Notes under the pieces: model-generated
What the model was told of the DNA's origin: nothing
Seen by the model: the letters and a program-made list of their open reading frames with translations, nothing else
The model's database searches: none
Program-made: the position numbers and the translations under genes
Source of the DNA: Cytophagales bacterium
Lineage (GTDB): Bacteria; Bacteroidota; Bacteroidia; Cytophagales; Spirosomataceae
Direction: 5' to 3'
Assembly (NCBI GenBank): GCA_038212815.1
Contig: JBBQUC010000001.1
Location: 1 to 25,278 of the forward strand
Length of the DNA stretch: 25,278 nucleotides
Part shown: positions 7,382 through 15,237 of the stretch, piece after piece
Numbering within the stretch: position 1 is the stretch's first letter
Layout of the letters: each line of letters starts with the position of its first letter

Positions 7382-7564
7382 ATGCCCATGAAAACCTTAC
7401 ATTGCCACGATGTTGGCTTCGACTGCCCGGCCATAGTGCAAGGCACTACCGACGAAGACGTATTGCGCCAGGCCGCCGAACACGCCCAAACGGTGCATGG
7501 CGTTACCGTAACCCCCGCCATGGGAGAACAAATCAGGACGCTGATTAAAGAGGAAGCCGACTAA
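7382..7564 (+). CDS. DUF1059 family small protein (start may be 7388)
   Basis: MKTLHC.DVGFDC.....G.T.EDVL..A.EHA..VHG pattern with the conserved C-x6-C...H-x4-H of DUF1059. Confidence 0.8.
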   Translation: MPMKTLHCHDVGFDCPAIVQGTTDEDVLRQAAEHAQTVHGVTVTPAMGEQIRTLIKEEAD

Positions 7565-8316
7565 GCGGCAAAATACAGCATGGCCGCCCGCAGAAAAGCA
7601 GCATAAGCGGGGTTGGCTTGCCCGTTCTGGCTGGTGTACCGGGGGTCGTCGGCGTAGAGTTGGGCCAGTCCTTTGTAGGCACTCCGGGTATCCTGAACGG
7701 CTCCTCCCCAAAAGGCCAGAATATTGGCATAATGCCGGGCAATCTGCTCCTGCACAACGGCACTGGCCGGGTCGAGGTGGGTGATGGTAGCCAGGGTAGC
7801 GGTAATGGCCTGCTGCTCGGCTTTTAGCTGCTCAAAATAGGCTTTTCCGCCTTGCCGGAGGTGCTGCTCACTCGCGGCTACTACCGCTTCGCCATACTGC
7901 TGGGTGGCCTCCTGCCGGTAAGCCAGCCCCTGTTGCTGTCCGAAACCTGCGTATAATTCGTCGTCGGTCATCATGGTTTTTGTTCCGTTTAGTTGATCAA
8001 TGGTTTTGTCGATAGTAGTCAACAGGGTTGTGAGCCGATCCCGACGGACTATCAGGGCTTGTTTGTGGTTACGCAGGGCCGTAGCCAGGTCGAAGGCTGG
8101 TTGCTGAAGAATAGTCCGTATCTCGTCGAGCGAGAAATCTAACTCCCGATAAAACAGAATCTGCTGCAACCGCAGTAACTCCGGCTGGCCATAGCGACGG
8201 TAGTGGGCCTCCGTGCGTACAGCCGGTTTCAGCAACCCGAGCCGGTCGTAATAATGGAGCGTCCGAATACTAATCCCGGCCATGTTGGCTACTTGCTTCA
8301 CCGAATACTGCTTCAT
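7561..8316 (-). CDS. MerR family transcriptional regulator with a TipAS-like antibiotic-recognition C-terminal domain (TipA/Mta-like)
   Basis: HTH motif YSVKQVANMAGISIRTLHYYDRLGLLKP...YRRY, and a TipAS-like C-terminus (YKGLAQLYADDPRY). The ORF track labels it +, but CAT at 8314-8316 and CTA at 7561-7563 on the + strand place it on the minus strand. Confidence 0.92.
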   Translation of the reverse strand: MKQYSVKQVANMAGISIRTLHYYDRLGLLKPAVRTEAHYRRYGQPELLRLQQILFYRELDFSLDEIRTILQQPAFDLATALRNHKQALIVRRDRLTTLLTTIDKTIDQLNGTKTMMTDDELYAGFGQQQGLAYRQEATQQYGEAVVAASEQHLRQGGKAYFEQLKAEQQAITATLATITHLDPASAVVQEQIARHYANILAFWGGAVQDTRSAYKGLAQLYADDPRYTSQNGQANPAYAAFLRAAMLYFAA

Positions 8317-8344
8317 TGTGCCTGCTGATTGGATCGATGCAGTA

Positions 8345-8375
8345 AAAATAGGGTATGACGTAAGGGTAGAGTCAA
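8345..8375 (-). promoter_or_regulatory. MerR-type promoter/operator with an elongated 19-bp spacer
   Basis: Minus strand TTGACT-ctacccttacgtcataccc (19 nt)-TATTTT, about 30 nt upstream of the merR start. Confidence 0.65.
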
Positions 8376-8460
8376 GTAAACCGGCAACTTTTTTTTGTTG
8401 GCAACAGGTATTGCCCTAAAATCGTTACGTTTACACAACTCATTGGCTCTCCTTAACGCA

Positions 8461-10647
8461 ATGCAACTAACGTCTTTTTTAGGCCGCCCCCTCGCCGGTC
8501 TTTTCTTACTGGGTACGCTGCTGACTGCTCAGGCTCAAACCCCGCTCGATACTGTACAGGCTGGCCCGTTCGATATGGGCAAAATGTGGACCTTCGACAA
8601 TCCACCAAAGGAATACTTCCAGAAAACCTACGGCTTCACCCCCGACGAAAAATGGTTTGACGAGGTGCGTCTGGCCTCGCTGCGCTTCGCCGATTATTGT
8701 TCGGCCTCCTTTGTATCGGCCAATGGCCTGGTTATGACCAATCATCACTGCGCCCGCGAGTCGGGAACGGGGGTGGCCCGGAAAGGCGAAGACCTGAATG
8801 CCACTGGTTTTTTTGCCAAAACTCCCGCCGAAGAACGCCCGGTAACCGGGTTGTTTGTGGATCAGTTGCGGCAACTGGCCGACATCACCATGCGGGTGCA
8901 GCAAGCCATGAGTGCGGGCGGCAGCACCGAGCAGAGTCAGATTCAGGCCCGTGAGCGCGAATTTGAGACCATCAAGCGCGAGTATAGCAGCAAACCCGGC
9001 TGGCAAGGGCTGGAACTCCAGACCATTACCTTTTATAACGGGGGCCGCTACGCCCTGTATGGGTTTAAACGCTATACCGATGTGCGGCTGGTGTTTATGC
9101 CCGAACTCCAACTTGGCTTTTTTGGGGGTGACCCGGATAACTTTACCTATCCGCGCTACGCCCTCGACTGCTCGTTTTTTCGGGTCTATGATGGCGGCAA
9201 GCCGCTGAAGACTACCCACTTTTTTAAGTTCAATACTAACGGTATCCGCGAGAATGAACCCATTTTTGTGACTGGCAACCCTGGCAGCACCGAACGGCTA
9301 AAAACTGTTGCTGAACTTGAATTCGACCGTGATTTGCGGATGCCGTATATCCTGCAACTCCTGCGCAACCGCTCTAACGCGCTGCAAGCCTACAATGCCG
9401 TGGCTAAAAGCGATAGTGTGCTGAACGAAATATTCTCCTTCGAGAACTCGCACAAAGCCTATTCCGGCCAACTCGCCGGTCTCCGCGATCCATATTTACT
9501 AGCCCGCAAGGGGGCGTTTGAACGGCAGTTTAAAACCGATGTGCAGAACGGCGTGAGCCAGCCCGGAGCCAGCATCACAACCGGGACGGCAGGGGGAACA
9601 TCGACGGCGGGGGGTGCCAGTACCAGCGCGGCTGCGGCCAATACCGCCCGGCTGAAAATCTGGGACGATATTGCCAGTAATGTGAGTGCTCTGCGCAAAA
9701 ATTTTACCGATAATACATATCTATCGCCCAACCCACTGGCTACGGGTGAGGTGCTGGCATTTGCCTCACTGCTGGCGCAGTATGGCGAGGTGGTGCAACG
9801 CCAACCCCAGGCTGCCGACCGCGCTAAAGGCTTGATTCAAGCTCCTGTGCTGAAAAACCGGCAGCTTGAGCAGGCTTACCTGGCTGCCCACCTCACCGAA
9901 GCACAGGCCGCCCTCGGCCCCGATGATCCATATGTCAAAGCCGCCCTGACTGCCGCCGATGGTAAACGCCGAACCCCGCAGGAAGCCGCTGCCTACATAC
10001 TGCAAAACACCAAACTAACCGACCCCGCTTTCATCGACGACCTCGTGACGCGGGGTGGGGGCATGATTGCTGCCTCCAGCGACCCCATGCTAGTGTTGGC
10101 CCGTATTGCCTTTCCGCGTTACGAAACCGCCAGCCGCGAAACCAAGCAAATCAACGACCGCCAGCAGGTGCTGCGGAGTCAGGTGGGGCGGCTGCTCTAC
10201 GATACCTACGGCACCAGCATTCCGCCCGATGCCACGTTTTCGTTGCGGATTAATGATGGCATTGTGAAGGGCTATCCCTACAATGGCACCGTTGCCCCCA
10301 TTGTCACCACCTTTGCGGGGCTGTATGACCGTAACTACTCCTTTGGCAACAAAGCCCCCTGGAATCTCCCCACGCGCTGGATGAACCCACCCGCCGAGTT
10401 ACTCAAACAGCCCATGTGCTTTATCTCGACCAACGACATTATTGGGGGTAACTCTGGCAGCCCGATGTTCAATAAAAACCGCGAGGCTGTTGGCTTAGTC
10501 TTCGATGGCAACATGGAGAGCCTGCCCGGCGACTTTATTTTTGTCCCCGATAAAAACCGCAGCATTTCTGTTCATGCTGGTGCCATTATTGCCGCCATGC
10601 GCTATATTTACAAAGCCGACCGGCTGGTTCAGGAACTTACTAAATGA
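8461..10647 (+). CDS. S46 family dipeptidyl-peptidase (DPP7-type)
   Basis: GKMWTFD, TNHHC (catalytic His), GGDPDNFTYPRY..D and DIIGGNSGSP (catalytic Ser). FDGN has Gly at the S1 position as in DPP7 rather than Arg as in DPP11. ATG at 8461 gives a clean signal peptide and is preferred to the TTG at 8395. Confidence 0.92.
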   Translation: MQLTSFLGRPLAGLFLLGTLLTAQAQTPLDTVQAGPFDMGKMWTFDNPPKEYFQKTYGFTPDEKWFDEVRLASLRFADYCSASFVSANGLVMTNHHCARESGTGVARKGEDLNATGFFAKTPAEERPVTGLFVDQLRQLADITMRVQQAMSAGGSTEQSQIQAREREFETIKREYSSKPGWQGLELQTITFYNGGRYALYGFKRYTDVRLVFMPELQLGFFGGDPDNFTYPRYALDCSFFRVYDGGKPLKTTHFFKFNTNGIRENEPIFVTGNPGSTERLKTVAELEFDRDLRMPYILQLLRNRSNALQAYNAVAKSDSVLNEIFSFENSHKAYSGQLAGLRDPYLLARKGAFERQFKTDVQNGVSQPGASITTGTAGGTSTAGGASTSAAAANTARLKIWDDIASNVSALRKNFTDNTYLSPNPLATGEVLAFASLLAQYGEVVQRQPQAADRAKGLIQAPVLKNRQLEQAYLAAHLTEAQAALGPDDPYVKAALTAADGKRRTPQEAAAYILQNTKLTDPAFIDDLVTRGGGMIAASSDPMLVLARIAFPRYETASRETKQINDRQQVLRSQVGRLLYDTYGTSIPPDATFSLRINDGIVKGYPYNGTVAPIVTTFAGLYDRNYSFGNKAPWNLPTRWMNPPAELLKQPMCFISTNDIIGGNSGSPMFNKNREAVGLVFDGNMESLPGDFIFVPDKNRSISVHAGAIIAAMRYIYKADRLVQELTK

Positions 10648-10718
10648 GTGATTGAGTGAATAAAAGATACGTCAGCTATTCACTCAATCACCAATTCACT
10701 CAATCACCAATTCACTCA
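10648..10718. repeat. Intergenic repeat: 15-bp inverted repeat plus a 2.5x 16-nt tandem repeat
   Basis: GTGATTGAGTGAATA (10648-10662) is the reverse complement of TATTCACTCAATCAC (10677-10691). ATTCACTCAATCACCA occurs at 10678 and 10694, with a partial copy at 10710. Confidence 0.85.
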
Positions 10719-11383
10719 TGCCCCGCATCGTTCATAAACACCCCCTCGCTATCCGCTGGTTTCACTGGATTAACTTTCCGGTGTTATTCGTGATGATCTG
10801 GAGTGGCTTACTCATTTATTGGGCCTACCACCCCTACAAAATTCAGATTGGTCAATTTGTGCTGGTCAACTTCTTCCCGAAGGGGGTTTTCACCGCCTTA
10901 GGTATTCCGTTCCGGCTGGCCGAGGGTATGTCGTGGCACTTCGCGCTCATGTGGCTGTTTACCATCAATGGCATCCTTTACGTGACGTACACGTTCTGGT
11001 CGGGGGAGTGGCGGCTGCTGTTGCCTAACCGGCATTCGTTTAAAGAGGCCTGGGTGGTAACCCTGCACGACCTCGGCATTCGGAAAACGGCACCGCCCCA
11101 GGTCAAGTATAACGGGGCGCAACGCATTGCCTATACCGCCATTCTGGTGATGGGTCTTGGCTCCCTGCTGACGGGTTTGGCCATTTATAAGCCTATTCAG
11201 GTAAGTTGGCTCACCACCCTGCTGGGTGGGTATAAGATGGCCCGGCTCATACATTTTGCCCTTACCATTGGCTATGTACTGTTTTTTTTCATTCATATTG
11301 GGCAGGTCATTCGGGCAGGCTGGCATAATTTTCAAAGTGTTATAACCGGAATCGAACGCAAAAATGAAATCACCCAGGCATAA
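10718..11383 (+). CDS. Cytochrome b/b6-domain membrane protein (Ni/Fe-hydrogenase / thiosulfate-reductase cytochrome b type)
   Basis: R-W-F-H-W, WHF, KYNGAQR.AY, R.IHF and HI motifs give four candidate heme His in transmembrane helices. Confidence 0.85.
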   Translation: MPRIVHKHPLAIRWFHWINFPVLFVMIWSGLLIYWAYHPYKIQIGQFVLVNFFPKGVFTALGIPFRLAEGMSWHFALMWLFTINGILYVTYTFWSGEWRLLLPNRHSFKEAWVVTLHDLGIRKTAPPQVKYNGAQRIAYTAILVMGLGSLLTGLAIYKPIQVSWLTTLLGGYKMARLIHFALTIGYVLFFFIHIGQVIRAGWHNFQSVITGIERKNEITQA

Positions 11384-12167
11384 ACCCATGGCCGAAGAGC
11401 AGGTCAGCGAACAGCAGATTCGTCGGCGTACCATGTTATCCTTTATTGGGTTTGGGCTGGCCGCCATCGTGCCGTTTGGCCTCTGGAAATGGATTGGCAC
11501 ATCGCCCGCTGATGCGGGGGTGAAACGACCCCTGCGCCGGGTATTGGAGGCCAATGCGGGCGTTGGCCGGGGCATCCTCAGCCCGACTCACCTGGCCCCT
11601 ACCTTCCCCAAAGAGCAGGCAGCCGCCAATCCCCGCGTAAACGGCTGGGATGGTATCCGCTCGGCCGTCCCCGCTGCCCAAGGCTATACCGTACGGGTAG
11701 AGCAACCCGGCAAGCCAGTGCTGACAGTATCGCTCGATGAGATCAAGCAATTACCGAAGCACGAGATGATTTATGAGTTTAAGTGCATCGAAGGCTGGAG
11801 CGAAGTGCAGCACTGGGGGGGGGTGCGGTTGCTGGATTTTGTGCAGAAATACGGCCTGGGTGGTAAAACCGGAGCCGCTACCCCTGATCAGCCCAATAAT
11901 TGGTATCAATACGTGGGCATGGAAACCCCCGACAAGGGCTATTACGTGGGGATAGACATGGGCAGTGCCCTGCATCCCCAAACGATGCTGGCCTACGAGG
12001 TGAACGGGCAACCCATCACCGGCCCGCACGGTGCCCCACTACGGCTCATTATTCCGGTTAAATACGGCGTGAAAAATCTCAAACGCATCGGCACCATTGT
12101 GTTTACCGACGAGCGTCCCCGCGATTTCTGGGCCGAGCGTGGGTACGATTACTTTGTGGGGTTGTAA
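11364..12167 (+). CDS. Molybdopterin-dependent oxidoreductase, sulfite oxidase / MsrP(YedY)-like (start may be 11388)
   Basis: Tat-like IRRRTMLSF, Mo-ligand CIEGW, and HGAPLRLIIPVKYGVKNLKRI plus FWAERGY motifs. Confidence 0.87.
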   Translation: MKSPRHKPMAEEQVSEQQIRRRTMLSFIGFGLAAIVPFGLWKWIGTSPADAGVKRPLRRVLEANAGVGRGILSPTHLAPTFPKEQAAANPRVNGWDGIRSAVPAAQGYTVRVEQPGKPVLTVSLDEIKQLPKHEMIYEFKCIEGWSEVQHWGGVRLLDFVQKYGLGGKTGAATPDQPNNWYQYVGMETPDKGYYVGIDMGSALHPQTMLAYEVNGQPITGPHGAPLRLIIPVKYGVKNLKRIGTIVFTDERPRDFWAERGYDYFVGL

Positions 12168-12172
12168 TGCGG

Positions 12173-12180
12173 TATCTTTG
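12173..12180 (+). promoter_or_regulatory. Bacteroidota -7 promoter box
   Basis: TATCTTTG matches TAnnTTTG, 19 nt before the ATG at 12200. No well-spaced -33 element was found. Confidence 0.5.
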
Positions 12181-12199
12181 TTAACATCCTGAAATCGCC

Positions 12200-13402
12200 A
12201 TGCTGACTATACCCCCAAAATCTGAAAGCCTACCCACATCACTCACCACCCCTGCTCCTGATGCTGCTCCTGCTATGGTAGTGCCAATGCCAAAGTTTGC
12301 TCCAATCCTTACACCTATAGACGGTGTGAAATTGAGCAAGGAAAGTTTGGCACTTAACCGGGAAAACCATAAGAGGAACCTACTTACGCTGGTTGCCTAC
12401 TCAAAAGAAATGGTAACGGCCAACTCCTTAGCAGCGTTGGCTAAGGCCCGGCTTATAACGGCTATCGAAGTAAGCCAGTTTAACCCGTCAATTTTCGCCG
12501 GTATGTACGTATCCGTGAAAAACGGCGAAATGGCCTTGCATGAAGTTACTGGTAGTTTCAAGGTGGGTATAATCCTGCCAGATGCTAACACAGAGTTAAT
12601 AAAGGTGTTGAAGGCTAAGGACATGACTATCTACACATTGGTTCGGGCCTATAGCGGATCCGTGACGGCCTATATCTCCAACCTGCATGAGTGCGAAAAC
12701 CTACGGAAGGCAACAGATGAAGACGTTGCTGAGGTAATGAAACATAAGATTGACAAATTAGCCGGTTCCGGGGCAGTTAACCTCAAAGACAAGAAGGACG
12801 TAAGCGACTTCACAACTGCGACCTCATCCCTAACAAAGAACATCAACAAACCAGAATCTGAAAGCCTGCCCACATGGCTCACCACTGTCGATGAGTTTGA
12901 GCAATGGCAGCACCAGCCCGGCACCGACGGCAGTTATGAGTTCGTTCGGGGGCAAATCATCCCTAAACCTGCCATGAAACAGAACGAACTTTTTATTGCC
13001 AGCTACCTGAATCGTCAGTTTATTCATACATCAGCCTTCCAGCAAGGTGCTGAATTATTACCCGAAATAGATTCTTACGTAGATGGTGTTCGCAAGCGTA
13101 TTCCTTACCTAACCCATTTTACTGCCGACCAGAAAGCCGCCATCCGTCGGGGCGAGCGGGTCAATACGCTCTTTGCCATTGAAATCCTGTCCGACTCGGA
13201 GTCGCACGAGGATGTACTAGAGAAGATTCAGGACTATTTCGATGGGGGCGCGCAACTGGTGTGGTATATTGTGCCGAAACGGCAGCGGGTATATGCCTAT
13301 ACCGCGCCCGAAACCCTCGCCATTTACCAAAGCACCGACCGTATTACGGCCGCACCCGTGGTGGCGGAGTTAGCCTTTGTGGTAGGCGATATGTTTGCCT
13401 AA
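12200..13402 (+). CDS. Uma2 family (PD-(D/E)XK-like) protein carrying a 212-aa in-frame N-terminal insertion
   Basis: The C-terminal ~190 aa show Uma2 motifs (YEFVRGQII, AIEILS, KIQDYFDGGAQLVWYIVP). The N-terminal peptide is duplicated (PKSESLPTSLTT / PESESLPTWLTT). Confidence 0.85.
   Translation: MLTIPPKSESLPTSLTTPAPDAAPAMVVPMPKFAPILTPIDGVKLSKESLALNRENHKRNLLTLVAYSKEMVTANSLAALAKARLITAIEVSQFNPSIFAGMYVSVKNGEMALHEVTGSFKVGIILPDANTELIKVLKAKDMTIYTLVRAYSGSVTAYISNLHECENLRKATDEDVAEVMKHKIDKLAGSGAVNLKDKKDVSDFTTATSSLTKNINKPESESLPTWLTTVDEFEQWQHQPGTDGSYEFVRGQIIPKPAMKQNELFIASYLNRQFIHTSAFQQGAELLPEIDSYVDGVRKRIPYLTHFTADQKAAIRRGERVNTLFAIEILSDSESHEDVLEKIQDYFDGGAQLVWYIVPKRQRVYAYTAPETLAIYQSTDRITAAPVVAELAFVVGDMFA
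12215..12249 (+). repeat. 35-nt direct repeat, copy 1
   Basis: CCAAAATCTGAAAGCCTACCCACATCACTCACCAC; 31/35 identical to 12851-12885. Confidence 0.9.
12851..12885 (+). repeat. 35-nt direct repeat, copy 2
   Basis: CCAGAATCTGAAAGCCTGCCCACATGGCTCACCAC; offset 636 nt (212 codons) from copy 1. Confidence 0.9.
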
Positions 13403-13408
13403 CCGTTG

Positions 13409-13416
13409 TACCTTTG
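13409..13416 (+). promoter_or_regulatory. Bacteroidota -7 box upstream of nuoI
   Basis: TACCTTTG, 7 nt before the ATG at 13424. Confidence 0.45.
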
Positions 13417-13423
13417 CCCCGGC

Positions 13424-14299
13424 ATGGGCTATTTCACCGATATAAATGCGGGCATTCGCACTACCCTGACGGGGCTGAAACTCACGTTTCGGCACCTGCG
13501 GCAGGCTACCCACCGACGGGCAGCCATGGGCGTAGCGTCTGCCAATTACTTCGACCAGCAAACCGGCCTGGTTACCCTGCAATACCCCCATGAGCAACTA
13601 CCCATTCCCGACAACGGTCGCTACCGGCTGCATAACGAGATGGACGATTGCATTGTGTGCGACAAATGCGCTAAAATCTGCCCCGTCGATTGTATTACCA
13701 TCGACCCCATCAAAGCCACAGGAGAAGTAGGCCGGGCCTCCGACGGGTCGCCCATCCGGTTATACGCGGCCAAATTCGACATTGACATGGCCAAGTGCTG
13801 CTACTGCGGCCTTTGCACGGTGGTTTGCCCTACCGAGTGCCTCACGATGGAGAAGAAGTTCGATTATAGTGAGTTTGACCTGGGCAAGCTGACGTATCAT
13901 TTCGGCAACCTTTCCCCCGACGAGGCCGAGGAGAAACGGGTCTTATATGAGCAGTTTGTGCGGGAGAAAGAAGAACTGAAAGCGCAACAACTGGCCACTA
14001 AACCCGTGGCTACCCCAGCCGCTACAAGTACATCGGCACCCAAACGCCCATTGTTCAAGCCTGCCCCGCCTAAACCTGCCGCACCTGCCGAGGCTACGCC
14101 CACTGAGGCCGAGCAGATTGCCACCGGCGCAGTTGCTGAGCGGTCAGACAGTAACCTGGTCGATAACACTACGCCGATAGAACCGCCCGTAGCCGAAACC
14201 CCGCCCCCGCTGAGGAAACCGGCGTTTCGGCCCATTATGAAGCCGACAATGCCTAAACCGCCTGCTAATTCAGGGAACGAAACGGATAAACCAGCGTAA
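13424..14299 (+). CDS. nuoI: NADH-quinone oxidoreductase subunit I (2x[4Fe-4S]) with a Pro/Ala-rich C-terminal extension
   Basis: TLQYPHE, CIVCDKCAKICP, FDIDMAKCCYCGLCTVVCP. Adjacent to nuoJ and nuoK. ATG at 13424 is preferred to the TTG at 13406. Confidence 0.88.
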   Translation: MGYFTDINAGIRTTLTGLKLTFRHLRQATHRRAAMGVASANYFDQQTGLVTLQYPHEQLPIPDNGRYRLHNEMDDCIVCDKCAKICPVDCITIDPIKATGEVGRASDGSPIRLYAAKFDIDMAKCCYCGLCTVVCPTECLTMEKKFDYSEFDLGKLTYHFGNLSPDEAEEKRVLYEQFVREKEELKAQQLATKPVATPAATSTSAPKRPLFKPAPPKPAAPAEATPTEAEQIATGAVAERSDSNLVDNTTPIEPPVAETPPPLRKPAFRPIMKPTMPKPPANSGNETDKPA

Positions 14300-14302
14300 C
14301 AC

Positions 14303-14824
14303 ATGGAATCAGTTGACACCGGAATACAGGTTATTTTTTCGGCCCTCACGCTGGGCAGTGCAGTAGCTATTCTGCTGACCCGCAACGTGCTGTATGCCGC
14401 TTTTTTTCTGCTGCTCACCTTGCTGGGGGTCGCCGGTCTGTTTGTGCTGGCTGGCTCCGATTTTCTGGCCGTGGCCCAGATCATGATTTACGTGGGGGGC
14501 GTGCTGGTACTGGTTATCTTTGGCGTGATGCTCACCCATCGGCAGCAGGCCGTAGCCAACAGTCAGCAACCCAATAGTATCCTTACCCAGCACCGGAGTG
14601 GTATTATAGCCCTGTTGGTGGCAGGTGGCCTGTTTGCCAGTTTATACAGCCTGCTACTCCGGGCCAACTTTACCCTACTGGATCGCCCGGTTTCTACCGC
14701 CACCACCACCCTCGACACTGTAGGCAAACAACTCATGACCGAGTTTGTACTCCCCTTCGAACTTATCAGTATCCTGCTACTGGCCGCATTGGTAGGCGCA
14801 GCGTATTTGGCGAGTGTAAAATAG
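14303..14824 (+). CDS. nuoJ: NADH-quinone oxidoreductase subunit J
   Basis: FLAVAQIMIYVGGVLVLVIFGVMLT and FVLPFELISILLLAALVGAA. Confidence 0.93.
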   Translation: MESVDTGIQVIFSALTLGSAVAILLTRNVLYAAFFLLLTLLGVAGLFVLAGSDFLAVAQIMIYVGGVLVLVIFGVMLTHRQQAVANSQQPNSILTQHRSGIIALLVAGGLFASLYSLLLRANFTLLDRPVSTATTTLDTVGKQLMTEFVLPFELISILLLAALVGAAYLASVK

Positions 14825-14843
14825 GGGCAACCCCTACACAGAT

Positions 14844-15143
14844 ATGATAACTATCTTTCTCCTGACCGCTGCGGGGTTGTTTAGCATTGGGCTGGCGGTG
14901 GTGCTGCTTAAGCGGCACGCCATTATGGTACTAATGGGTGTTGAACTGATGCTTAACGCCGTGAATATTAATCTGGTGGCGTTCAGTCAGCACGACCCTG
15001 AGCGGGTGCAGGGGCAAATGATGGCCCTGTTTGTGATGGTCATTGCCGCTGCTGAGGCCGCCGTGGCACTGGCTATTCTGTTGCAGGTGTACCGGCATTT
15101 CCGTACGGTGCAACTCGATGAAATCAGCGAATTGAAGCAGTAG
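14844..15143 (+). CDS. nuoK: NADH-quinone oxidoreductase subunit K
   Basis: LMGVELMLNAVNINLVAFS and GQMMALFVMVIAAAEAAVALAI. Confidence 0.95.
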   Translation: MITIFLLTAAGLFSIGLAVVLLKRHAIMVLMGVELMLNAVNINLVAFSQHDPERVQGQMMALFVMVIAAAEAAVALAILLQVYRHFRTVQLDEISELKQ

Positions 15144-15188
15144 AGACCCACCCCACCCCTGAATCGAGCAAACTTTTTTCGGCGGAAC

Positions 15189-15219
15189 TTGTGAAAGCCA
15201 CCCTACGTTCGTACCTTTG
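15189..15219 (+). promoter_or_regulatory. Bacteroidota sigma-A promoter of tRNA-Gln
   Basis: TTG (15189-15191), 20-nt spacer, TACCTTTG (15212-15219). Confidence 0.75.
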
Positions 15220-15237
15220 CACTCGCAAAAGCAGAAT

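Noticed and set aside
7561-8316. ORF-track label of + strand for the MerR protein
   Set aside because: The translation matches only the reverse complement (CAT at 8314-8316, CTA at 7561-7563), so it is reported on the minus strand.
10678-10718. Possible mini-CRISPR array
   Set aside because: The 16-nt units are directly adjacent with no spacers, and there are no cas genes.
12250-12850. Intein or IS as the explanation for the Uma2 insert
   Set aside because: No N-terminal Cys/Ser block or terminal His-Asn followed by C/S/T, no LAGLIDADG or DDE motifs, and no terminal inverted repeats were seen.
8506-14484. Long antisense ORFs (8506..9219, 10898..11575, 13897..14484), and likewise 19847..20473
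   Set aside because: They lie wholly opposite well-supported genes, have no recognisable motifs, and are expected in GC-rich coding DNA.
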